NCBI GenBank assembly: GCA_023645945.1
Contig: JALAIB010000093.1
Location: forward strand, 1 to 33,032
Source: Diploschistes diacapsis
Lineage: Eukaryota
DNA length: 33,032 nucleotides
Direction of reading: 5' to 3'
Under the pieces are notes generated by a model, which searched no databases, was not told the DNA's origin, and saw only the letters and a program-made list of their open reading frames with translations. Each line of letters starts with the position of its first letter. Position 1 is the stretch's first letter. Positions 24,029 to 33,032 of the stretch are shown here, piece by piece. Position numbers and translations under genes: made by a program.

Positions 24029-25319
24029 CTACTTCCCCGCGGCCTCCAACGCCGCCCTGACCGCCGGCACCTCCTCGTCCTTGCCCATCAGACTCGGCAC
24101 CGGCCCCAGCGGGGTGATGCCACGCGGATTGACCTGCGGATGCGACTGCGTGTAGTGCTTCTTGATGTGCTCGAACTGCGTCGTGTCGCGGAACGCGTCC
24201 TCGTCCCAGTACAGCTTGCGCACCCAGCGGTGCAGGTGCGGGTACCCGGAGCGGATGTCGCGCAGGTTGCACTTGAAGTGCTGCACGTACACGGCATCGA
24301 AGCGCACGACGGTCGTGTACAGCCGGACGTCGGCCTCGGTCAGGCGGGCGCCGAAGTAGTACGGACCCCGCCGTTCGCGGTGGTTCAGCGCCAGGTGGGC
24401 CTCGGCGCGGTCGAGGGCCCGGAAGAGGGTGGTGACGGCTTCCTCGTAGGCCGAGGCGGAGGTGGCGAAGCCGGACTTGTAGACGCCGTTGTTGATCTCG
24501 TGGTAGGTCCATTCGTTAGTAGCGTCGATTTCGGAGCGGAGGGCCTGCGGGTAGAGGTCGACGGAGGCGTGGTGCGCGGGGAGGAGGCCGTCGAAGGCGG
24601 TGTAGAGCATGCGGAGGATCTCCGAGGACTCGTTGGAGACGATGCGCGAGGTCTTGGTGTCGTAGAGGGTGGGCACCAGGAAGCGGCCGTCGTAGGAGGG
24701 GTCCTGGGAGAGGTAAATGTTGCGGAGGTGGGTGAAGTCCGGGTGGATGGGGTCTGGGCGCACGTTGGCGCCGGGGAGGGACTCGTCGGGCGTGGGGAAG
24801 CGCCAGCCTGTGGAAGGTATCAGGGGTTGGGGGGATGTTGGAGAACGATTGAGGTAGAACGGTGACTCTGGAAAAGGGGAAAGGTGAGGCAAGAGGAGTG
24901 TGGGAAAGAAAAAGACCAAGGGTGATGAAGCACAAGGAAAAGTCTACCTTTCTCGCCCATGTGCCAATGCACAGACGTGAAATCGATGAAGTCCTCCAGG
25001 CCCTTCAGCTTGCGGACGATGAGTGTTCGATGCGCTGACAGGATTTAGATATATCAAACCCACATCCATGGTAAGGGTGCCCAAAAACTCACCCCAGGGA
25101 CAGGCATAAGAAACATAGAGGTGATACCTTCCCTTTTCGGGAGGAAATTCTGCTCCAGGCTCTGTCGAGATGAAATTGCGAAATGCCGAGGGCTGTCGAT
25201 TGAAGGCTCCTGTCTTGCTGTCGGCCCAGTTCGTTATTTTGCTGCCGTTCATAGAGGTCTACCCCTAGTTAGCGACCAGATATTCTTACACATTGCATTG
25301 GAGGTACACATACAGCCAT
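24029..25319 (-). CDS. Omega-like glutathione S-transferase / glutathionyl-hydroquinone reductase (Gto/Ecm4 family)
   Basis: RYHLYVSYACPWAHR, VPTLYD....IVSNESSEI.RM, INNGVYKSGFA, TEADVRLYTT..RFD.VY..HFKCN and HIKKHYT.SH..NP.GITPLGP. In-frame introns at 25259-25313, 25035-25092 and 24808-24947. Confidence 0.93.
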
Positions 25320-26014
25320 CCTTCTACAGTCAAAAGCGTTGTAACCCTTTATCGGATTGTAAAGAAGAGGGAGCAGGGACTGTCGAAATGATCGAGGAGG
25401 AACGTATACTCTCAAGAGCATTCCAGGAGTACTGTCAGATAGTGTGTAAAGAAGTAGGATCCATTATCAATGACAATACCAGTGCCGTTCGCATGTACTG
25501 ACGTATCTATCTTGTACACCTTGGCAGGCTCCAACTGCTTTGCGAGGCTGCTTAATCATGAGTAACACAGGCTCAGTACGGAATTACTCTATCAATCACG
25601 AACGTGGGACAACATGCCCTGAATAGAATAAGCCTACAAGATACATGTCAGTTGCAAAGCAAAATTTGCTGAGACCTCCGCGCCTTTGGATGCATGACAC
25701 TCCCTTATCATGTTGAACCCTTCCAAGCGTACTTTATAGATTGAACGATTGCCATCAATACTTCTCTTGGTCTCTGGGTATATCAGGAAGCCTCACTGAT
25801 CCGCAACCGGAACGCAGATTCCCGTCTGCTTCTCCAGAAACATGCAGACCATCCCATGTAAACTCCAATTTATTAAACGCCACCGTGATCAGAACAGGGC
25901 ACGCCTTAATAGTTGAAAAGATACAACAGGCTTAAGACCAACATGGGGAGCTTCAACCCCGACAAGATAGAGCATATCGTAACGGCCTTAGCCCGGAATC
26001 GGAAGGTTTTGCAA

Positions 26015-27670
26015 TCAGATAACCTTTTTGTCGGACTTGGCCTCAACCTTGTTATCCTTCTCATCATCCGCTTCCCGAACCTCAGGATCGGGTATTCCTG
26101 CGCTGTGACCGCTTTCTTCAGTTTCCTTTGCTGAGGCTGCAACGGGCCCACCTTCGTCGCCGGGAGAGACTTGCAACATCTTCTTCATCTCCTCTTCTTT
26201 CTTAGCGATGTTTTGAAGCTCAGACTTGTCCTTTTCCCATTGGGAATTGGGTTCGTTAAACTCCTCCTTGATCTTCTTCGTCCGATCTTGGCGTTCCTCT
26301 TCTTCCCTCTCTCGTTGTTTGCGCTCTTGATCCATCTCTTCCATGTGTTGAAGGTCATCGACGCTTGGCTCATACAAATGCCAAACAGTGTAGTGAGGCA
26401 ACCCCACAACGGAATATTTCATCCTTTTAGCCATCTGCGTTTCTCGTCAGTAAATCACACCAAAGATAGAGGCCATAACTCACCTTGCCGAATCCTTCGG
26501 TCTCGGCGTGCTTCTCGTAGCTGAATGCCGGAAAATGGACACCGGACCGGAAAACTTTCGCTTTTGCTAGAATGCTTACGCCTCCTACACCATCGATTTC
26601 CATCTCCATATCCGGATCACCATATGGATCCCTAAGATATGCTAGATGCGGCCGCCAAGTCGCATATTCCGCATATCCTTCGACAATCACAGCATCTTCA
26701 TCAAGTGTCTCCGCAAGAGCTAAAGCGGTGTCTGACTCTTGCCATGAGTTCAGGTCGTACGGCTGCTCGCCACCAAGCCAATCAGGGAGTGGGCGCCAAA
26801 CATCTATCGACGAATTAGGAACTGCGAGCCGATCCAGGGCCTCGGTACCTACTAGGGACGATAACGTCTTTGTCGTGCCTCATCAGATCCTCCAGAATTG
26901 TGAAGGGTGCTGTTTCCACGTCTACATCTCGCCAGTAGACCCAGCTGTGGAATGGACGCAAAGCCGAACTCAACAGCCAGTTGCGTGCTTGAGCCATTAG
27001 CTTCCGTCGGGATGCCTGGGCCGCAAAGCCGTGACGACTTTCGACGTCCTGGTTGACTTTCTGGCCAAAGTCCTTTTCAATGATCGAGATCTCGCCGTAC
27101 GGCATCTTCGGGTTTTCATCGGCTTGTAAATCTTCAAGTAGTGACGACAGGAGCTCCAGAGTCCGATCTTTCGAGTCCGAGACCAGGAACGCTAGGTCAA
27201 TTAAATTATGAGGATATGTGAAGTTTCGTAGGTGTGAAAAGAACTTTGGAAGGTGAGGCTCGGCATCCCTGAGCGGAGCGCAAATGAGTATCCGCTCCTC
27301 TCTTTCCCATCCCTTCGCTGTCCCCTGGACGTCGTCCAGGTCGTAATATCGCACGGTTTCAATCTGTATCCGTTCGGGTCCGGCGAATAAGGAGATTGCA
27401 GGTAGGAAGGCGCTCCGCAAGCCTGGGAAGAGCAGGAGAAACAAGCCAACAAATGCCAATGCGATGACACCTGCGCGTATGAGAAGAAGTCTTCGCCGTC
27501 GTAGAGCAGGCTGTGATCGTGGTGGAAACCTGCGAAAGAATAAGCAAATCAGCGCATGTTGCGTAAGAGAGAGGAGACGTAAGCTTAATAGCTCACCTAT
27601 AAGGGGATATGAGGAGATCCGGTTTTCCGCCCATGGGATAGGCCTTTTGCCCGTTGATATGCCGGTTCAT
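26015..27670 (-). CDS. ANP1: Golgi mannan polymerase subunit Anp1 (glycosyltransferase family 62, Anp1/Van1/Mnn9)
   Basis: GWEREERILIC.PLRDA, TYPHNLIDLAFLVSDS, EKDFGQ...RHGF.AQ..RRKLMAQARNWLL, WRDVDVE, NVWRPLPDWLGGEQPYDLNSWQES and HAETEGFGKMAKRM. N-terminal TM anchor and three GT-AG introns. Confidence 0.9.
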
Positions 27671-28001
27671 GGTGCTCGAAAGGGTAAGTCCAGGAAATGG
27701 GAAGTATGTTGCTGCAAGAAAGCCAGAAGTGGCTCTTGTCCCAGGACTGACTGATTTTGCGCCAAAAATGGCGCGCGACAAGCCAAATTAGGATTGCATG
27801 TTCGGCATCAAGAGCTAGATGGTAGATATTTTGGTCCGGAAAAGACTCGGGAACGAAATAACAATCATCAACGGAGGGCTAAAGAGCTCCGGTATCAAGG
27901 GCTTGCGAGGATGGACTATCGTTCAAGTTGGTCTCAAGTTGGCCATTTGACCCTTACTCTGTGCTAGTACTTTGGGGGTCCTTTGGGTGGTGGTACTCCT
28001 G

Positions 28002-28034
28002 AAGTGGCGCATAAGTGGCGCATAAGTGGCGCAT
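28002..28034. repeat. Perfect tandem triplication of the 11-mer AAGTGGCGCAT
   Basis: Three exact consecutive copies read from the sequence. Confidence 0.9.
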
Positions 28035-29611
28035 GTCCAATGTCTTCAACGTTTGTAGGAGGGGCAGCAAGGGCAAGACATGTACCAAGTATCCATGATT
28101 CTAACGTGAAGTTCTCAATTATATACAACACGGTGACTGGTAGCAACAAGTTTCCTTCTTTCCATCCATGTACAATCCACGTACCTCTTGCAACGCTTGA
28201 TTTTCTATGCTGGGTCTCGAATCTTATGGGAACCCAAGCTCAAGATCCTCTTCCCTCCACAGCGAAGTACTCTGTGCCCATATCCACACAACAAGCGTTG
28301 TTGTTGGCCCTGCGTAAGAGTATCAGTATTTGTGCAAATTGCAGATTCGCGATCTTTATGACGATTGGTGCTCAGAAAAGCCAGTTTACTCAAGCTGACA
28401 CCGCCGGCTAATAACTTGCCCTTTCTAAGACAGACCAGACAAGCCAAAAGCTCAAAAGCCACGAGTGAGCTAGAACCTCTGAACAAGCAGTCGATAATAG
28501 AACACCTCTCCACAACCTATCATTCTGTTGCGTCGAGCAATAGTCCGGTGCGGGAGTGTGACTTGGCTGTGCTAGCATTCGTTGAATGGATAGACTGTAT
28601 TCATCCCAGCAGGGTGCTGAATTGAGGACTGGGACTTACACTTTCAATATTGTGTGCAGCGACGAAGGGTTTGGATGCAGGGTGTCTACTCCAGGACGAT
28701 GCTTCCTTATCATAGCTGTTAGCATTGAAGGTACGTAACTGAAAGTCAACAAAAAGTATGCTCGATATAGAGATTCAGAAAGTAATTTTTGGTATTAGGG
28801 TGTCTTCAATGTATGGAAACTCGGTAGCAGAACTGAATAAAGTATTTCATCATTGGTTGTGGATCCTCTAAGCAAATGAGAGACTTCTCAACTTACACCA
28901 GAATCGGTCGTGATTAATCTTACATATTTCCATATGCACCTACAGGTCCGTCAGCTTTGTTGTCTGTAGGAGGCGAGTCTAATAAGTCATAGGAGCCCAG
29001 ATATTCAGATGGTGATGCATGTTTGGTTTGAAGCTCATGGTGAATAGCCAAAACCTTTGTGGAAATATTCATCATATTATGAACGAAGCTTGTATTTCGT
29101 AGTAGAGGGGAAAGAACCGTACCAGAATTCCTGTGCGAGGTGACACAATGGGAAACTCACTCTAGCCACGGTATATTTGCACGAAATTCAACATGAAAAA
29201 GGAAAGGAAAAGGAAAGGGGGGAAAGGGAAAGGAAAAAACTTGAAGTTGAGGTTGTAAGGGTGGAAGCACTAGAAATAAGTTTGCGGTCCCGATTGATTC
29301 TGACGGGAAAAAGAAACGCCGCATAATAAAAATCTTTTCAAAATTTCATGTGCGTTCATCTAAATTTAAAACAGTAAGTAGGGAAAGCTATTAGGAAAGA
29401 AATAAAAACTAGAGTAAATGATAGCGCTGAATATGATAAGTATCTTCGTCTTAAAAAACCTAAAAAACCGTGGATAATGAAAGAGTGTGCATGCCCAGCT
29501 GAACCCGCAGCAAAATAAAAATGTTTTTGGAACTTAGTAGCAGCTCTCAACGTCGTCGTCGTATTCTGTCTCGCTAAAAGAGAGTGCTTCGGTTGTTGTA
29601 ATCAATGCATA

Positions 29612-32147
29612 ATGAGGCGGATACCAGTGAGTTGAGCTTCTTCTGCTTATCGTTGGGTGAGATCTAACTATCCCTGAAGGTTTGCATGGGCCCTACAAAC
29701 CTGCAGTCGTGCGCTTATTCTGGAGCGCGTTTCGCGGTCAGATCGTCAAATCTCCAGAGCAAGAGAACGCACCAGATACAGAAGTTGCGATATCTCTCTA
29801 CACACGCGCGGTCCCGCTCTCTGAGCACGACCACCCCCCATCGAGCAGAAGCCTTCCACACGCAGCTTGAGGATCCTTCTACATCGGCTTTCCCCACTTC
29901 ACTGACAAGACAACCAAAGACTCCGCAGACCTTAACGGAAAAAATTGTACAACGCTATGCTGTCGCTCTACCGGAAGGAAAGCTCGTTAGGAGTGGCGAT
30001 TATATCAGTCTCAAACCACATCGTTGTATGACACACGACAATTCGTGGCCGATTATACTCCGCTATATGTCTATGGGAGCTTCGAAGCTTCATGATAATA
30101 CGCAGATTGTTATGACCCTAGATCACGATGTCCAGAACAAGAGCGAGTCGAATCTAAAGAAATATCAACAAATAGAGGGGTTTGCAAAGTCGCAAGGAAT
30201 TGTTGACTTCTACCCAGCAGGACGGGGAATCGGTCATCAGATCATGATAGAAGAGGGATTTGCATGGCCCGGCACACTTTCTGTAGCCTCGGATAGTCAC
30301 TCGAACATGTACGGCGGAGTGAGTTGCCTGGGCACACCTATCGTGCGTTCAGATGCCGCGAGTGTGTTTGCTACAGGTCGCACGTGGTGGCAGATCCCGC
30401 CTATTGCGCGTGTGACATTCACGGGGACGCTGCCAGCTGGCGTAACGGGGAAGGACGTGATTGTCGCATTGTGCGGGCTATTTAACAAGGACGAGGTGCT
30501 CAATCACGCCATCGAGTTCACCGGTTCGGCTGAAACCATGGCCAGCTTGCCCGTGGACAGCCGGCTGACTATCGCCAACATGACGACGGAATGGGGAGCA
30601 CTCACCGGTCTGTTCCCGATCGATCAAACGCTGGAGCGCTGGCTGCGGTAGAAGGCTACGGAGGCGGCGATGCTGGATGATCGAACAACCCGACAACGCA
30701 TCAACCACGAGAAGGTGGACGAGCTGCTCCCGAATCGCCTCACTGCCGACCACGACGCTGTGTACGCCAAGCAACTCTACCTCAATCTCTCCACACTCTC
30801 GCCTTACGTCTCCGGCCCCAACTCCGTCAAGGTCGTAACGCCTCTGAACGAGCTCGCACCGGAGAAAATTAAAGTTAATCGCGCATATCTGGTCTCCTGC
30901 ACCAACGCACGCGCATCAGATCTCGCCGCCGCCGCCGCTAAAGTCTTTAAAGACGCCACCAAAGCGAACTCCGGCATTATCCCAAAGATCGCTGATGGCG
31001 TGCAATTCTATATAGCAGCGGCTTCCGTTCCGGAGCAGGAAGCCGCTGAAGCCGCGGGCGATTGGCAAGTTATGCTCGACGCCGGTGCGCAGCCGCTGCC
31101 CGCCGGATGTGGACCGTGCATTGGGCTCGCACCGGCCTGCTAGAACCGGGTGAAGTCGGAATTAGCGCCAGCAACCGCAACTTTAAAGGGCGGATGGGCT
31201 CACGGGACGCGCAGGCGTACCTCGCGAGTCCCGAGGTCGTGGCCGCCAGCGCCCTAAGCGGCGTCATCTCCGGCCCCGGCGCGTATCAGGTGCCGGCAGG
31301 CTGGTCTGGCGTTGAGCACGGGTTCGGTACGGGGATGCCGCGCACGACCGAGCACGAGCTCGGCGACTTCCTGCAGCAGATGGAATCGCTGATCCAGCGG
31401 GGCGAGTCGGCCGTTGGTGCGTCGGAGGCGGCTGTGGAGACCCTGCCGGGCTTCCCTGAGCGGATCAGCGGCGAGATTATCTTCTGCGACGCCGACAACA
31501 TCAATACTGATGGGATTTATCCGGGTACGCTCACGTATCAGGACAATGTTTCTAAGGAGGACATGGCGCGCGCGTGCATGCAAAACTACGATCCTGAGTT
31601 TAATAGTATCGCCAAACCCAACGATATTTTGGTAGCAGGTCGGAGCTTCGGCGTCGGCTCGTCGAGAAAACAGGCGGCGACAGCGATTCTTGCCAAGCAG
31701 ATCCCCCTTGTCGTCGCCAGCAGCTTCGCGAATATCTTCGCGCGGAACAGTATTAACAACGCGCTCATGGGGTTAGAACTGCCGCGCCTTGTCGAGCGCC
31801 TGCGGTCTCATTTCTCTAAAGCTGCTTCTGCCCCCGCTTCCAGCTCTACCCCCAACTTTTCCTCCTCGTCCAAGTCCGCAATCCTTGAGCCCACCGCGAA
31901 CGAACAGCCCCTCGACACCCCGCCACCGGGCCCTGTCGAAGCCCACGAGCGGCAGTTGACGCGCCGTACCGGCTGGACGCTGACGTGGAACGTGGCGCGC
32001 AGCATCGTGGAAGTACAGGAAGGGCCCGGCGGCGCGGTATGGACGGAGCGGGTGGGCGAACTACCGGTGAACATACAGGCGATTATTGCCGCCGGTGGAC
32101 TCGAGGGGTGGGTAAAGGCTGAGATTGGAAAGACGGAAGGCCAGTAG
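29612..32147 (+). pseudogene. LYS4: Homoaconitase (LYS4/lysF) copy disrupted by a nonsense codon and a frameshift
   Basis: [69 protein letters not shown] and [11 protein letters not shown]. In-frame TAG at 30649-30651 (WLR*KATEA) and a 1-nt deletion near 31129 (CIGL-G-TGLL). A putative 5-codon first exon and intron 29627-29679 are in frame. Confidence 0.88.
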
Positions 32148-32317
32148 AGATTGGAAAGGCCAATTAAACTAGCTTACAGCGGCTAAGTTAGTGACAGATA
32201 GAGAGATATACCCCGTGTGAGATCTAACTTATATAGTTGAGGTAGAATTTGAAACTGTAAGTGTGCCCTTCCCTCCGGCCACCCGCCGCATTCCCGCAGA
32301 TTACCAGCAGATTGCCG

Positions 32318-32500
32318 TCACGGGCTCAACGGCCGATTAAACCCTCCTTCCCGATTCATGTACTCCCAATACTCCGTCTTCTTCTTTTTCCCGAATATTA
32401 CTTGTTCCTCCGTCTGCTTCGCGCTGCCGCGGGAACCCCGCGAAGCCCCATCTCGCGCTTTATTGCCGCCAGCATCTCTTTGTCTTCAATCTCTGCGGTG
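32318..32500 (-). pseudogene. Degenerate 3' fragment of the U4/U6.U5 tri-snRNP 27-kDa protein (SNRNP27/DUF1777)
   Basis: Manual minus-strand translation gives ...KKKKTEYWEYMNREGGFNRPLSP*, matching the family's C-terminal YRQYMNR.GGFNRPL motif. The upstream EMLAAIKREMG/FAGF segments lie in different frames. Not in the ORF track. Confidence 0.75.
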
Positions 32501-32754
32501 CCTGGGGTCGATAGTGTTGCTGCCGACTTGCTTGGTAAACCTGCGTATTTGGTTACAGTATAGCGTAGAGGATTTCAAAGCCCTATAATCATATATAGCT
32601 TTAGCAACTAAAGGGTATAGTTTTCACCCTAGTCCGTCCGGGTGCCGGTTATTCTGACCGTTATCTTGGCAGTATGCAAAATCGGGTGTACACACAATAT
32701 GTAGCGGAAATTAGCAGTGGCCGTAGTTTAATGCCTGGAGCAGCAAGCAAGACA

Positions 32755-33032
32755 AATTTTTAAATGTTTAAAGCGTTTTTACAACGTGATATAAATAATA
32801 TTTGAAAAAGATTTATGGGTGAGTGAAATATCCATATAAAATATAAAGGACGTTTAAAAATTATATCATGTTTTACTGTGACTGAAAAGTAGATAAATAC
32901 TTTAATTTTTATGGGATATACAGTACTATGCCAAAAGTAGTTAGGTCCCCCCCCATTTCTCACCAAAAAAGTACCTTTTTTAGCCCCTATATCTCTGCGA
33001 AAACGTTTTTAAAAATTAAAAAAAAAATAAGA
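32755..33032. other. Very AT-rich, TpA-rich tract (RIP-like decayed repeat DNA)
   Basis: Abrupt switch to AT-rich composition with no credible ORF. Confidence 0.6.
32921..33032. mobile_element. Probable terminus (TIR) of a Tc1/mariner-type DNA transposon running off the window
   Basis: TA immediately followed by CAGTACTATGCCAAAAGTAGTTAGG, resembling the TA|CAGT...CAAAA pattern of Tc1-family TIRs. The partner TIR and transposase are not visible. Confidence 0.4.

Noticed and set aside
23942..24865. 307-aa plus-strand ORF
   Set aside because: Antisense shadow of the GC-rich GST exon; no independent motifs.
27964..29170. Short ORFs and scattered splice-like signals
   Set aside because: No coherent reading frame could be assembled; an orphan gene cannot be excluded but is unsupported.
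29195..29240. Polypurine GAAAG-type tract
   Set aside because: Simple low-complexity sequence with no evidence of function.
30649..30651. Stop-codon readthrough, RNA editing or recoding to rescue LYS4
   Set aside because: A separate frameshift and motif substitutions also occur, TAG is a normal stop in neighbouring genes, and no intron signals flank the lesion.
1..33032. CRISPR arrays, rRNA/tRNA genes, secondary-metabolite cluster
   Set aside because: No repeat-spacer array, no recognisable structural RNA and no PKS/NRPS/terpene backbone gene seen; the sequence is eukaryotic.

Overview
Eukaryotic DNA from a filamentous ascomycete (Pezizomycotina-type short introns of about 45-60 nt with CTAAC/CTGAC branch sites). 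From 1 to 27.7 kb it is gene-dense core genome. In order: the 3' end of a Gly/Pro-rich protein; an intron-containing gene with a GPF/SH3-like module plus a chromodomain; the SUV3 helicase; a Pth11-like 7TM protein; ARC1; a fungal 'allergen-like' His-rich protein; POL32/cdc27 head-to-head with RAD18; a secreted GH125 mannosidase; UBA1; an omega-like glutathione transferase; and ANP1. From about 28 kb it looks accessory. A disrupted homoaconitase (LYS4) copy and a frameshifted 3' fragment of SNRNP27 lie between AT-rich tracts, and a probable Tc1/mariner terminus sits at the window end. The most notable observations are (i) a possible domesticated chromovirus integrase C-terminus in a spliced host gene, (ii) a decaying two-gene LYS4/SNRNP27 block that may be a duplicated or captured segment, (iii) a POL32-RAD18 bidirectional promoter with a palindromic MCB-like pair, and (iv) two inferred GC-AG introns in POL32. 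All calls come from manual motif recognition and splice/frame checks. No database searches were run.
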